Shown here: positions 29,870 through 40,242 of the stretch, one piece after another
Numbering within the stretch: the first letter of the stretch is position 1
Layout: every line of letters begins with the position of its first letter
Source: Actinomycetes bacterium
GTDB lineage: Bacteria; Actinomycetota; Actinomycetes; S36-B12
Direction of reading: 5' to 3'
Assembly: GCA_965278945.1 (NCBI GenBank)
Contig: OZ257128.1
Span: forward strand, 1,261,982 to 1,325,981
DNA: 64,000 bases
Translations under genes and position numbers: made by a program
Notes under the pieces: generated by a model
Told to the model about the DNA's origin: nothing
The model's database searches: none
What the model saw: only the letters and a program-made list of their open reading frames with translations

Positions 29870-31156
29870 CTAGCGGTGGTCGGACGCCGCATTCCTGGCC
29901 GCATCAAGCAACGCGGTAGTGCTCGCGATAGACGCCTCGAGATCGGCAACCTTGGCCGAGTTGCCGGCCGCAGCGGCTGCGTCGCGCTGCTCCTGCAAAC
30001 GAGCAACGGCATCAGTGAATGCGGTCGCTGTCGATTCCGCGCGTGCCTTGGTCGTGGGATTGCTGCGCTGCCACGTCTCCGCCTCGGACTTCCTGGCTGC
30101 ATCCTCGACTCGCTTGAGTCGTCCGTCGAGACGATCGCGGTCGGCTCTGGGTAGGTCACCGGCCTTGTCGTAGCGATCCTGGATGCTGCGAAGGGTTGAC
30201 TTGGCGGCCTTGAGGTCCGTGATCGGCAGCAGTGCCTCGGCCTCGGCAACGAGAGCCTCCTTGGCCGGCAGGTTCTCCCGCAGCCCGGCCTGCTCGGCTT
30301 CCTCGCTGGCGATGCGAGCCGCGTAGAACTGGTCCTGGGCCGCCTTGAAGCGCTTCCAGAGCTTGTCCTCCTCGGCGCGCGAGGCCCGTGGTGCAACCTT
30401 CCACTCGGCCATGAGGTCGCGCAGCTTCTTCGAAGTCGCGATCCAGTCCGTGGATGCGGCAAGTGCCTCCGCTGCAGCGATGAGTTCACGCTTGCGCCCG
30501 ACCGCTGTCTTGCGCTGGGTATCCAGCTCGGAGAAGTGCGTGCGGCGGCGCTTGTCGAATGCCGTGCGAGCGGCGCTGATCCGCTGCCACAGCTCCTGCT
30601 CGCTGCTGCGTTCGCCTCGGGGCAGGGCCTTCCACTCCTCGACGATCGCTGCGTAGCGCTCGGTCGTGGACTTCCACGATGTCGACTCGCGCAGCGACTC
30701 CGCCTCGTCGGCAAGGGCCCGACGACCGGCCAGGGCCGACTCGCGCTGCTCGGCCTTGCGAGCACGCGCCTGAGCACGAGCATCCTCGACGGCGGCCGCG
30801 AGGCGGTCGCACCGAGCGGTGAGGCCCTCGACGTCTCCGACGAAGGATCGCGCGGCGAGAGCTTCGCGGATGCGGACCAGGACGGCCTCGGCCTGCTCCG
30901 CCGGCGCGCGGTGGTCGGCGAGGCGCTTCTCGATCAGGTCGATCTCGACAACGAGGTCGTCGTACTTGCGTCCGAAGAAGGCAAGGCCCGCGGCAGGTTC
31001 CCCTGCTGCCCACTGCCCGACAGTCACGTCGCCCTCGGGCGCGTGCAGGATCACGGTCCCGTCGGCCTCGACACGACCGAACTTGCTCGGGTCGCTTGTT
31101 GTCGCGAGGGGCGGTGGACGCAGCGCGGCAGGCGTGGGCACGCCGATGTCGGACAT
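29870..31156 (-). CDS. DUF349 domain-containing protein
   Basis: 428 aa with repeated helical W..K..L..F...R modules typical of DUF349. Convergent with relA (3-nt gap). Confidence 0.7.
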   Translation of the reverse strand: MSDIGVPTPAALRPPPLATTSDPSKFGRVEADGTVILHAPEGDVTVGQWAAGEPAAGLAFFGRKYDDLVVEIDLIEKRLADHRAPAEQAEAVLVRIREALAARSFVGDVEGLTARCDRLAAAVEDARAQARARKAEQRESALAGRRALADEAESLRESTSWKSTTERYAAIVEEWKALPRGERSSEQELWQRISAARTAFDKRRRTHFSELDTQRKTAVGRKRELIAAAEALAASTDWIATSKKLRDLMAEWKVAPRASRAEEDKLWKRFKAAQDQFYAARIASEEAEQAGLRENLPAKEALVAEAEALLPITDLKAAKSTLRSIQDRYDKAGDLPRADRDRLDGRLKRVEDAARKSEAETWQRSNPTTKARAESTATAFTDAVARLQEQRDAAAAAGNSAKVADLEASIASTTALLDAARNAASDHR

Positions 31157-31241
31157 CCGTCAACCTGCTTTCCTGTGTGCGATCCGAAGTGACACCGCGT
31201 GTAGCACCACTGTGGGGCTACTACCCTAGCCCTCGCCACTA

Positions 31242-32147
31242 TTACGACTGGACTGTTGCCGATTCGATAAACACCGGCTGCCGCGGAGCACCGTCTGCGG
31301 TGCCGTCGGCAACGCCCACCGATGCGATCTCCTTGATGATGTCCAGGCCCTCGGTGACCGTTCCCCAGATGGTGTACCCGCTGGGCAGCGTCGTGTCGTC
31401 GTAGACGAGGAAGAACTGCGATCCACCCGTTCCCGGCCCGGCATTCGCCATCGCGACGGTGCCCGCGGGGTAGTTGGCCGCACCCTCAGCTGGCAGGTTC
31501 TCGTCGGGAACGACGTAGCCGGGGCCACCGGTTCCGTCTCCCGCCGGGTCTCCGCACTGAAGCACGAAGATGCCGGCAGTTGTCAGTCGATGGCATTGCG
31601 TGTTGTCGTAGAAGCCTTCGGACGCCAGGAAGACCTCGCTCGACACTGTTGCCGGCGCGTTCGGGTCCAGGGCGATGACGATGTTCCCGCAGTTGGTCGT
31701 GAACGTGATGCTCGTCGCCGTCTGGTCGGTCGGAGCAGACGCGTAGGACCTGTCATTGGCGCGAACGGTGCCCGGTGCGTGGCAGTCGAGGATTGCGGGC
31801 TCGCCGATCGGCTCGTCGGTCGTGCCAGCGCTTGGGCTCAGCTCGGGGCTTGCCGACACCGATGCCGACGGCTCGGGAGAGGCTGCCTCGGCCGCGGCCT
31901 GCGCGGACTGGAGGATGTCGGCGAGCTCTGACGGGTCGATCGACGAGGAGGGCGAGGCAACGGCATCGTCGGAGCGGGTGTTGGCGTAGACGACCCAGGC
32001 CACGGACCCGAACACGAGGGCGACGACCACGAGAACGGCGATGATCTTCTGGTTGCGTCGACGGCGAGAGCCGCTCGTGGCGCGGCGTGCCTGCTGCCGC
32101 TCGTACTTCGCACGGGCCAGCTCGCGCTGGCGCTTGTTGCCCGACAT
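31242..32147 (-). CDS. membrane-anchored cyclophilin-type peptidyl-prolyl isomerase
   Basis: ORF 31242..32375, start ATG 32147 (MSGNKRQRELARAKYE...). TM helix, S/P/A linker, then a cyclophilin core (FHRLTT-like QCHRLTTAGIFVLQCGDP...GTVAMANAG...SQFFLV). Confidence 0.85.
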   Translation of the reverse strand: MSGNKRQRELARAKYERQQARRATSGSRRRRNQKIIAVLVVVALVFGSVAWVVYANTRSDDAVASPSSSIDPSELADILQSAQAAAEAASPEPSASVSASPELSPSAGTTDEPIGEPAILDCHAPGTVRANDRSYASAPTDQTATSITFTTNCGNIVIALDPNAPATVSSEVFLASEGFYDNTQCHRLTTAGIFVLQCGDPAGDGTGGPGYVVPDENLPAEGAANYPAGTVAMANAGPGTGGSQFFLVYDDTTLPSGYTIWGTVTEGLDIIKEIASVGVADGTADGAPRQPVFIESATVQS

Positions 32148-32238
32148 CTGCACCCCTTGGTCCGGAACTCCCCAGTCGGCCCGAGGAGCGCTGCGTGAGT
32201 CTATGCGGCGCTCTGCGCACGAGGCCGACCGATAGGCT

Positions 32239-32973
32239 ATGCGCCTCAACGCGACCGAGGGAACTGACGTGCTGGTAGCTGGATTCCCGACGGGCTCGTG
32301 GTCGACGAACTGCTTTCTCGTCGCGGCGGGTCCGGGCGAGCCGTGCATCATCGTCGATCCCGGCCAGGAGTCCATCGACGGCGTTCACGACATCATCCGC
32401 GAGCACCGGCTCGCTCCCGCGGCCGTTCTTCTCACGCACGGGCATATCGATCACATCTGGTCGGTCGCTCCGTTGTCGTCTGAATTCGGCATCCCCGCGA
32501 TGATCCATTCCGCGGATCGTCATCGGCTCGCGGACCCCGCGGGGACGACGCTGCTGGCGTCACGCGAGCAGTTGTTGTCGATGACGAAGAACTCCCTGGA
32601 GCTCACCGAGCCGGATGACGTACGCGTAGTCGAGGACGACGACGTGCTGGAACTGGTCGGGATGCGATTTCGCGTCCGGCATGCACCGGGTCACACCGAG
32701 GGTTCGGTCGTGTTCGAGATCGAGGACGTCATGCTCAGCGGCGACGTGTTGTTCGCGGGTTCGATCGGGCGCACGGACCTGCCGGGCGGCGACCATGCCG
32801 CCATGCTCGACTCACTTCGTCGGGTGGTTCTCTCCGCTCCCGACGAGACGACGGTGCTGCCGGGCCACGGGCCGCAGACGACGATCGCGGCCGAGCGGGC
32901 GACCAATCCGTACCTCACTGCTCTGATCGCTGATTCCGGCGAAGCACTGCCGCAGCGTCGAACCGGGCTGTAA
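32239..32973 (+). CDS. MBL-fold metallo-hydrolase (glyoxalase II-like)
   Basis: 244 aa with THGHIDH metal motif. Confidence 0.85.
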   Translation: MRLNATEGTDVLVAGFPTGSWSTNCFLVAAGPGEPCIIVDPGQESIDGVHDIIREHRLAPAAVLLTHGHIDHIWSVAPLSSEFGIPAMIHSADRHRLADPAGTTLLASREQLLSMTKNSLELTEPDDVRVVEDDDVLELVGMRFRVRHAPGHTEGSVVFEIEDVMLSGDVLFAGSIGRTDLPGGDHAAMLDSLRRVVLSAPDETTVLPGHGPQTTIAAERATNPYLTALIADSGEALPQRRTGL

Positions 32974-32975
32974 TC

Positions 32976-34256
32976 GTGGTGACCTTCAGCGCACCCAAGG
33001 GCGTGCCCGACTACTTCCCGCCCCAGTCCGAGCAGTTCATCGCTGTTCGCGATGCTCTCGCCGCGCCCGCGCGGCTCGCGGGATACGGATACGTCGAGCT
33101 CCCGATCTTCGAGGACACCGCACTGTTCGTGCGGGGCGTCGGGGAGTCGTCCGATGTCGTGAGCAAGGAGATGTACACGTTCGAGGATCGCGGTGGACGC
33201 TCGCTGACTCTTCGTCCCGAGGGCACGGCCGGAGTCATGCGACTTGTGATCGAGCACCGGCTCGATCGCGGACCGCTGCCGGTGAAGCTCTGGTACAGCG
33301 GTCCGTTCTTCCGCGCGGAGCGACCGCAGCAGGGCAGATACCGGCAGTTCCAGCAGGTGGGCATCGAGGCGATCGGCGTTGATGACCCCGCGCTCGATGC
33401 CGAGGTCATCGCACTCGCCGACGAGGCGTACCGCTCCCTCGGTCTGACGAAGTACGAATTGCTGCTGACGTCCCTGGGCTGCGCCACGTGCAGGCCGCCG
33501 TACCGCGAACTGCTCCTGCAGTTCCTTCGCGGACTGGATCTCGACGAGGCGACTACGAAGCGCGCGGCCGTGAACCCACTGCGCGTGCTCGACGACAAGC
33601 GTCCCGAGGTGCAGGCGATGCTCGGCGACGCGCCGTTGATGGTCGACCACCTGTGCGAGGACTGCCAGCAGCACTACGACAGCGTTCGCGGGTTCCTGCG
33701 CGTGCAGGGGGTGACGTGGGTCGAGGCACCCCGATTGGTGCGCGGTCTCGACTACTACACGAAGACCACCTTCGAGTTCTCGCATCCGCTGCTCGGCGCC
33801 CAGGCCGGAATCGGAGGCGGGGGTCGCTATGACGGGCTCATGGAGTCGGTTGGCGGCGCGGCCCTATCGGGCATCGGCTTCGGGCTGGGTACCGATCGGA
33901 CGATGCTCGCGTGTGCTGCCGAAGGCCTGACGCCGGGCGAGGCAATCCTGGTCGACACCTTCCTCGTCCCGATCGGAGAGCAGCATCGCGCAGCGATTGT
34001 CGCCCTGATGACCGAGCTCAGAACGCGCGGCGTCCGCGCGGACATGGCATACGGCACGAAGACCGTGAAGGCCGCGATGAAGTCTGCCGATCGCAGTGGG
34101 GCACCGGTGGTCGTCATCGTGGGCGACGACGACGCGAACGCTGGCGTGGCTCAGGTCAAGGACATGGCCAGCGGCGAGCAGGTCGCGGTCGCGTGGCAGG
34201 GTGTGGCCGATGCGCTCGTCGAACGGGCGCACAAGCAACGGAAGGACGCGCGGTGA
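32976..34256 (+). CDS. hisS: histidine--tRNA ligase
   Basis: 426 aa with [11 protein letters not shown] and GGGGRYDGL. Confidence 0.95.
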   Translation: MVTFSAPKGVPDYFPPQSEQFIAVRDALAAPARLAGYGYVELPIFEDTALFVRGVGESSDVVSKEMYTFEDRGGRSLTLRPEGTAGVMRLVIEHRLDRGPLPVKLWYSGPFFRAERPQQGRYRQFQQVGIEAIGVDDPALDAEVIALADEAYRSLGLTKYELLLTSLGCATCRPPYRELLLQFLRGLDLDEATTKRAAVNPLRVLDDKRPEVQAMLGDAPLMVDHLCEDCQQHYDSVRGFLRVQGVTWVEAPRLVRGLDYYTKTTFEFSHPLLGAQAGIGGGGRYDGLMESVGGAALSGIGFGLGTDRTMLACAAEGLTPGEAILVDTFLVPIGEQHRAAIVALMTELRTRGVRADMAYGTKTVKAAMKSADRSGAPVVVIVGDDDANAGVAQVKDMASGEQVAVAWQGVADALVERAHKQRKDAR

Positions 34257-36010
34257 TCCGCACGCATGAGGCTGGGACCCTTCGACTCGACGATGCGGGG
34301 TCGACCATCACGCTCGCCGGATGGGTGGCCAGCCGCCGCGACCACGGGGGAGTCGCCTTCCTCGACCTGCGCGACGCGAGCGGGATCGTTCAGGTGGTCG
34401 TTCGCGACGCCGAGGTCGCTCACGGACTGCGCGACGAGTACTGCATCAAGGTCGTGGGCACGGTCCAGGCGCGCCCCGACGGCAACCAGAACCCCGAGCT
34501 GCCCAGTGGCGACATCGAGGTCATTGCCGATGACATCGAGATCCTGTCGGCCAGCGCCCCGCTTCCATTCCCGATCGACGATCGCGTGTCGATCGGCGAC
34601 GAGGTCCGCCTGAAGTACCGCTATCTGGACCTGCGCCGCCCCGCGGCGGGCAACGCGCTCCGGATGCGATCGAAGGTGAACCAACTGGCACGAGACGTGC
34701 TCCTTGCGCGCGACTTCATCGAGATCGAGACGCCCACACTCACCCGCTCGACTCCCGAGGGTGCGCGCGACTTCCTCGTTCCCGTCCGATTGCAGCCCGG
34801 GCACTGGTACGCGCTGCCGCAGTCCCCACAGTTGTTCAAGCAACTGCTCATGGTCGGCGGAATGGAGCGCTACTTCCAGATCGCGCGCTGCTACCGCGAC
34901 GAGGACTTCCGCGCGGACCGTCAGCCCGAGTTCACCCAGCTCGATGTCGAAATGTCCTTCGTCGATCAGGAGGACGTGCTCGAGGTAGGCGAGGCGATCA
35001 TCCGCGCGCTGTGGAAGGGCGTCCTCGGCTACGAGATCGGCGAGATCCCGCGCATGACCTACGCCGAGGCGATGCGCCGCTACGGCAGTGACAAGCCCGA
35101 CCTGCGGTTCGAGCTCGAGCTGATCGACATGACCGAGTTCTTCAAGGACACCCCGTTCCGCGTCTTCCAGGCCGAGCATGTCGGCGCTGTCGTCATGCCG
35201 GGCGGCGCTGACCAGCCGCGCAAGCAGTTCGACGCCTGGCAGGAGTGGGCCAAGCAGCGCGGCGCGAAGGGCCTGGCCTACGTCACCGTTGCCGAGGACG
35301 GCACCCTCGGCGGACCGGTCGCCAAGAACCTCAGCGAGACCGAGGTTGCCGGACTCGTGGCCGCCGTCGGCGCCAAGCCGGGCGACTGCGTGTTCTTCGG
35401 CGCCGGCAAGGCATCCGATGCGCGCGCGCTCCTCGGTGCCGCACGACTGGAGATCGCCAAGCGACTGGGGCTCATCGACGAGTCGGCCTGGTCCTTCCTA
35501 TGGGTGATCGACGCGCCGATGTTCGAGGAGATCGACAACGAGGACGGCACCAAGGGCTGGACCGCCGTCCATCACCCGTTCACCTCTCCGAACGCGGAGT
35601 GGCTGGACCGCTTCGAGGACGCCCCGGACCAGGCTCTGGCGTACGCCTACGACATCGTCTGCAATGGCAACGAGATCGGCGGAGGATCGATCCGTATCCA
35701 CCAGGCCAGCGTCCAGGAGCGCGTGTTCGCGCTGCTCGGCATGAGCGAGAGCGAGGCGCGCGACAAGTTCGGGTTCCTGCTCGACGCGTTCGCGTACGGC
35801 CCGCCGCCGCACGGCGGCATCGCGATCGGTTGGGACCGCACCTGCATGCTCCTGGCCGGAGCTCCGTCGATCCGCGATGTCATCGCGTTCCCGAAGTCCG
35901 GCGGAGGCCAGGATCCGCTCACCGGCGCTCCCACGCCGATCACCGCGCAGCAGCGGAAGGAGGCGGGCATTGACGCCGCTCCAGCCGCTCCTGCAGGCGC
36001 GACCGACTGA
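34253..36010 (+). CDS. aspS: aspartate--tRNA ligase
   Basis: GTG 34253 (GTGA overlap with hisS), in frame with ORF 33911..36010. [11 protein letters not shown]..., [31 protein letters not shown]. Confidence 0.95.
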   Translation: MIRTHEAGTLRLDDAGSTITLAGWVASRRDHGGVAFLDLRDASGIVQVVVRDAEVAHGLRDEYCIKVVGTVQARPDGNQNPELPSGDIEVIADDIEILSASAPLPFPIDDRVSIGDEVRLKYRYLDLRRPAAGNALRMRSKVNQLARDVLLARDFIEIETPTLTRSTPEGARDFLVPVRLQPGHWYALPQSPQLFKQLLMVGGMERYFQIARCYRDEDFRADRQPEFTQLDVEMSFVDQEDVLEVGEAIIRALWKGVLGYEIGEIPRMTYAEAMRRYGSDKPDLRFELELIDMTEFFKDTPFRVFQAEHVGAVVMPGGADQPRKQFDAWQEWAKQRGAKGLAYVTVAEDGTLGGPVAKNLSETEVAGLVAAVGAKPGDCVFFGAGKASDARALLGAARLEIAKRLGLIDESAWSFLWVIDAPMFEEIDNEDGTKGWTAVHHPFTSPNAEWLDRFEDAPDQALAYAYDIVCNGNEIGGGSIRIHQASVQERVFALLGMSESEARDKFGFLLDAFAYGPPPHGGIAIGWDRTCMLLAGAPSIRDVIAFPKSGGGQDPLTGAPTPITAQQRKEAGIDAAPAAPAGATD

Positions 36011-36689
36011 CCCGTTCGTCCAGTGGATGGTCCGGGACCTGGTTCCCGATCATCTGGTCGTCGACGGCGAGAACACCGCGTGGATCTGGGGCGGACGCAC
36101 GAGCGGGGAGGTCTGGGCGACGGCCCTCGGCGAGGATCCTGAACGAACTGCCGGGCTCATCGCGAAGCTCGCGGAACTGACGTCGGTCGACGGCGTCACT
36201 GTGCCTGACGACGCTTTTGTGTTCCTGCCCGCACGCCTGCAGAGCCCGGACCCCGGTCACTGGTGCTACTGGACACTCGACCCGACGGATGCACCCGCGG
36301 CCTCGGACGTCGCCGTCGATCTCGCACTCGACGATCCGAGAATCTCGGGGCTGCTTGCACATTCCACGTCCGCTCACGTGTTTCCCGGGGATCCAGAAGT
36401 CGTGCGCTGGTCGGGCGTGGTCGATGGCGATCGCCTGGTGTCGGTGGCGGGCCAGGTGACCGAGCGAACAGGCGCGGCTCACATCGTGAGCGTGTGCACC
36501 GATCCGTCCGTCCGCGGCAGAGGCCTCGCGCGCGAGGCGTGCTCGCGGATCATCCACGACGCCATCGCCGATGGCTCCCCGCAGATCGTCCTGGAGATGT
36601 ACGCCGCGAACGAGGCGGGCCGGCGCACCTACTCCGCCCTGGGGTTCACCGAGGTCGGCCGCTACAAGTCCGGCCTCCTCCGGCCCTAG
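35970..36689 (+). CDS. GNAT-family N-acetyltransferase (putative)
   Basis: In frame with ORF 35877..36689. TTG 35970 preceded by SD GGAAGGAGG. C-terminal [21 protein letters not shown]...GFTEVGRY fits the acetyl-CoA-binding motif. Start is uncertain. Confidence 0.55.
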   Translation: MTPLQPLLQARPTDPFVQWMVRDLVPDHLVVDGENTAWIWGGRTSGEVWATALGEDPERTAGLIAKLAELTSVDGVTVPDDAFVFLPARLQSPDPGHWCYWTLDPTDAPAASDVAVDLALDDPRISGLLAHSTSAHVFPGDPEVVRWSGVVDGDRLVSVAGQVTERTGAAHIVSVCTDPSVRGRGLAREACSRIIHDAIADGSPQIVLEMYAANEAGRRTYSALGFTEVGRYKSGLLRP

Positions 36690-38033
36690 CAAACTCTCCG
36701 CGAGTGGGCACTTGGTGCTGCTTTCCGGCGCTTGGGTTCAAGGGATCGATGCAACACCTGAGGTGAAGAGGTGTTGTGATGCTTGGTCCTCCGGGGTTGC
36801 CGCCAGCGGTGCGGCTCGGGTTTTGGCAGTGGGTGCGGTCGGGGTTGTCGGTCGCGGAGGCGGCTGCTGCGGCGGGCGTGTCCGAGCGCACGGGTGCGGG
36901 GTGGTTCGGTGAGGCTGGCGGAGTGATTCCTCCATCGGTGACGCCCGGCAAGGTCAGGCCTCGGTTGACGTTCGATCAGCGTGAGGAGATCGCGGTCCTG
37001 CGTGGGTCGGGGGCGTCGAACGCGGAGATCGCGCGGGCGGTGGGCTGTCACCGGTCCACGATCGGGCGTGAGCTGGCGATGAACTCCACGTTCTTCGCCG
37101 ACCGGCACCTGCCTAGGTATCGGGCGTCGATGGCGCAGAAGCGCTCCGACTGGCGGGCTCGCCGGCCGAAGGCGTCCGCGCTCAAGGCCAACGACCGGCT
37201 GCGGCAGGTGGTGCAAGATCACTTGGAGGACGAACTCAGCCCGGAGCAGATCTCAGGTCGGCTGAGGATCGATTTCCCTGATGATCCGGAGATGCGCGTG
37301 AGTCACGAGGCGATCTACCAGGCGTTGTTCGTCCAGGGCCGCGGCGCGTTGCGCCGTGACCTGCACCAACGGCTGCGCACGGGCCGGGCGATCCGCAAGA
37401 CCCGGAGGACCGCAGGTGAGCGCCGTGGCCGGATCCCGGGGATGGTCTCCATCACCGAGCGCCCGCCCGAGGTCGCCGACCGTGCTGTTCCTGGCCATTG
37501 GGAGGGCGACCTGATCGTGGGGAAGAACTCCGGCTCGGCGATCGGGACCTTGGTCGAGCGGGCAACCGGGTTCTGCCTGCTGCTGCACCTTCCCGGCAAC
37601 CACGGCGCGGACGCGGTAGCCGACGCGATGATCACCGCGATGAGCCAGCTGCCGGCGACCTTGCGACGCACGCTGACCTGGGACCAGGGATCGGAGATGG
37701 CCAACCACGTCCAGATCGCCGCAGCCACGGACCTGGACATCTACTTCTGCGATCCCCACTCACCATGGCAGCGCGGATCCAACGAGAACACCAACGGCCT
37801 GCTGCGTCAGTACTTCGCCAAAGGCTCCGACCTGTCGGTCTATGCCCCGGACTATCTCGAGCACGTCAGCCGAAAACTGAACAACCGGCCACGCAAACGC
37901 CACGGCTTCAAGACACCAGCCGAAATGCTCGACCACCTACTGTCAGAACCGGTCAATCCAACCGATGTTGCATCCACCGCTTGAATCCACCGCGCGCAAA
38001 CACGACACCACGTGCCCACTCGCGGGGGTTTGC
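36690..38033 (+). mobile_element. IS30-family insertion sequence (about 1.34 kb)
   Basis: Transposase ORF flanked by terminal inverted repeats: CTCCGCGAGTGGGCAC (36696-36711) and GTGCCCACTCGCGGGG (38012-38027). With one indel they extend to GCAAAC... / ...GTTTGC. Inserted right after the GNAT stop (36687-36689). Exact ends and target duplication are not resolved. Confidence 0.8.
36776..37984 (+). CDS. IS30-family transposase
   Basis: 402 aa. N-terminal HTH, DDE core with HWEGDLI ... DQGSEM ... NENTNGLLRQY. Confidence 0.9.
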   Translation: MMLGPPGLPPAVRLGFWQWVRSGLSVAEAAAAAGVSERTGAGWFGEAGGVIPPSVTPGKVRPRLTFDQREEIAVLRGSGASNAEIARAVGCHRSTIGRELAMNSTFFADRHLPRYRASMAQKRSDWRARRPKASALKANDRLRQVVQDHLEDELSPEQISGRLRIDFPDDPEMRVSHEAIYQALFVQGRGALRRDLHQRLRTGRAIRKTRRTAGERRGRIPGMVSITERPPEVADRAVPGHWEGDLIVGKNSGSAIGTLVERATGFCLLLHLPGNHGADAVADAMITAMSQLPATLRRTLTWDQGSEMANHVQIAAATDLDIYFCDPHSPWQRGSNENTNGLLRQYFAKGSDLSVYAPDYLEHVSRKLNNRPRKRHGFKTPAEMLDHLLSEPVNPTDVASTA

Positions 38034-38055
38034 GGGCGGTCCGTAGGGTGAGCGC

Positions 38056-38598
38056 ATGACGTGGACCGACGGCGACGCTGGCCCCTTCTACCGGCGGTTC
38101 AGGCCCGACGACCTCGAGTCCGCGGATCGTGAGATTGATGCCCTGAACCGGTTGCTTTCCGACTCGGGCCAGATCTCCGATGCCGAGCTCATGACCGCTC
38201 ACCTCGATCTCGCGAGCCTGCTGATTCAGCGAGACCGCGAGCTCGAGGCTCTTTCCCATATCGAGGCGGCTCGCGTGATTGCCGAGCGCCTCGGTGACAC
38301 GCACGGTCTCATCGAGGTCTACCTCAACCTCGGAACGGCGCAGCAGTACCTCGGCGAGCGCGATGCCGCACAGGATTCGTATCAGCGTGGGCTTGACTTG
38401 TGCGCGTCGATCCAGGGTCCTGACCATGCCCACTTCCTCTTGCAGCATCGAGGCCGGTGCTTCGTGGAGCAGGGCCGCGTCACCGAGGCGAGGAACTGCT
38501 TCGAGCAGGCACTCGCAGTACGCATCGAGCTGGGCGACGAGCGGCTCGTCCGCTCGTCCGCGGAAGCGCTGGCGCACCTGCCGGACGATGCCTCCTGA
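38056..38598 (+). CDS. tetratricopeptide-repeat protein
   Basis: 180 aa with TPR-like repeats ([27 protein letters not shown]...). Confidence 0.6.
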   Translation: MTWTDGDAGPFYRRFRPDDLESADREIDALNRLLSDSGQISDAELMTAHLDLASLLIQRDRELEALSHIEAARVIAERLGDTHGLIEVYLNLGTAQQYLGERDAAQDSYQRGLDLCASIQGPDHAHFLLQHRGRCFVEQGRVTEARNCFEQALAVRIELGDERLVRSSAEALAHLPDDAS

Positions 38599-38629
38599 CC
38601 GGTCCGCCGCGGAGCCATATGGTGACGGC

Positions 38630-39961
38630 ATGACCTTGTTCGACGACGGGTTGTCGTCCGGCCGCTCGTCGGCACCTCTCGCGGTGCGCATGCGTCCGCG
38701 AACCCTCGATGAGGTCGTCGGCCAGGATCAGGCGCTGGCTCCAGGCTCGCCGCTGCGGACCCTGCTCACCGCCGCTCACGATGCTCCCGTCGTGTCCGTC
38801 ATCCTGTGGGGTCCACCGGGTACGGGAAAGACGACACTGGCGAGCCTGCTGTCCGTGGGCAGCGGTCGATCGTTCGTGGAACTGTCCGCGGTGACCGCCG
38901 GAGTGAAGGACGTTCGCCAGGTCATCGAGCAGGCACGAAACGGCCTCGGCATGCATGGCCGCGGGACGGTCCTGTTCATCGACGAGGTGCATCGGTTCAG
39001 CAAGACGCAGCAGGACGCGCTGCTGCCCGCCGTCGAGAACGGCTGGGTCACCTTGATCGCGGCGACCACCGAGAACCCGAACTTCTCGGTCATCTCGCCG
39101 CTGCTGTCCCGCAGCGTCGTCGTGTCGCTGTCACCGCTCACGGACGACCACGTGCAGGAGGTGGTGACGCGGGCGATCGCCGATCCACGCGGACTCGGCG
39201 GGGCGATCGAGGTCGACGAGGACGCGCTCGCGCATCTCGTGCGCACCTCGAATGGCGATGCCCGTCGCGCGCTGACCGGACTGGACGCTGCCGCGACGTC
39301 GGCGATCGCTACCGGACGGACTCGCGTCACGCTCGCCGATGCCGAACGGGCCGTCCAGCAGGCATCGGTGCCGTACGACAAGGACGGTGACCAGCACTAC
39401 GACGTCATCAGTGCGTTCATCAAGAGCCTGCGCGGCAGCGACCCGGACGCTGCACTGCACTACCTCGCCCGGATGATCGAGGCAGGCGAGGATCCGCGCT
39501 TCATCGCCCGGCGCCTCATGATCCTGGCCAGCGAGGACATCGGCATGGCCGACCCGAGCGCGCTGCAGACAGCGGTCGCGGCGGCCGAGGCGGTCGCCAT
39601 GATCGGCATGCCGGAGGGCGGCATCATTCTCGCGCACGCCACCATCCACTGCGCCCTGGCGCCGAAGTCGAATGCGGTGGTGGCCGGGCTTGGCGCAGCG
39701 ATCGCCGACGTGAAGGCCGGAGGCATCGGACGCGTACCGCCGCCACTGCGCGACAGTCACTATCCGGGGGCGACCGCCCTCGGTCACGGCCGCGGCTACG
39801 TCTATCCCCACGACGAGCCGGGCGGCGTGGCCGCGCAGCAGTACCTGCCCGACGAGCTCACAGATCGCACCTATTACCGCCCGACCTCGCACGGCGCCGA
39901 GGCCGCGTGGGGGGACATTGCCGCCCGCCTGCGGGAGATGCGCCGGTACGACGACCGTTAG
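38630..39961 (+). CDS. rarA: replication-associated recombination protein A (AAA+ MgsA/RarA)
   Basis: ATG 38630 in frame with ORF 38279..39961. [12 protein letters not shown], Walker [12 protein letters not shown], MgsA C-terminal [23 protein letters not shown]. Confidence 0.9.
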   Translation: MTLFDDGLSSGRSSAPLAVRMRPRTLDEVVGQDQALAPGSPLRTLLTAAHDAPVVSVILWGPPGTGKTTLASLLSVGSGRSFVELSAVTAGVKDVRQVIEQARNGLGMHGRGTVLFIDEVHRFSKTQQDALLPAVENGWVTLIAATTENPNFSVISPLLSRSVVVSLSPLTDDHVQEVVTRAIADPRGLGGAIEVDEDALAHLVRTSNGDARRALTGLDAAATSAIATGRTRVTLADAERAVQQASVPYDKDGDQHYDVISAFIKSLRGSDPDAALHYLARMIEAGEDPRFIARRLMILASEDIGMADPSALQTAVAAAEAVAMIGMPEGGIILAHATIHCALAPKSNAVVAGLGAAIADVKAGGIGRVPPPLRDSHYPGATALGHGRGYVYPHDEPGGVAAQQYLPDELTDRTYYRPTSHGAEAAWGDIAARLREMRRYDDR

Positions 39962-39971
39962 GGTTGCCTCC

Positions 39972-40232
39972 ATGCGAAGGATGGTGTGGGTTGCCGTGGG
40001 CGCGGCGGGCGGGATTTTCGTCTACAAGCGCGCCCAGACGGCTGTCGCTGATGCGCGGGAACGCGGTGTGGTCCTCACCGCCCAGCAGCTTGGTCACTCC
40101 GCTGCTTCGGCCGTGACCGCAGCCCGCGAGTTCGCGGTCGGGGCAACCACGCGAGCGCCGGAGGAGCCCCGCACGCCAGGGGCTGCCGCCGCCCGCGTCC
40201 TTGCCGCCGCCCGCCGAACCCCCCAGAAGTAG
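39972..40232 (+). CDS. small hypothetical membrane protein
   Basis: ATG 39972 (MRRMVWVAVGAAGGIFVYKR...), one TM helix. In frame with ORF 39918..40232. Confidence 0.45.
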   Translation: MRRMVWVAVGAAGGIFVYKRAQTAVADARERGVVLTAQQLGHSAASAVTAAREFAVGATTRAPEEPRTPGAAAARVLAAARRTPQK

Positions 40233-40242
40233 GAGAGCTTTC

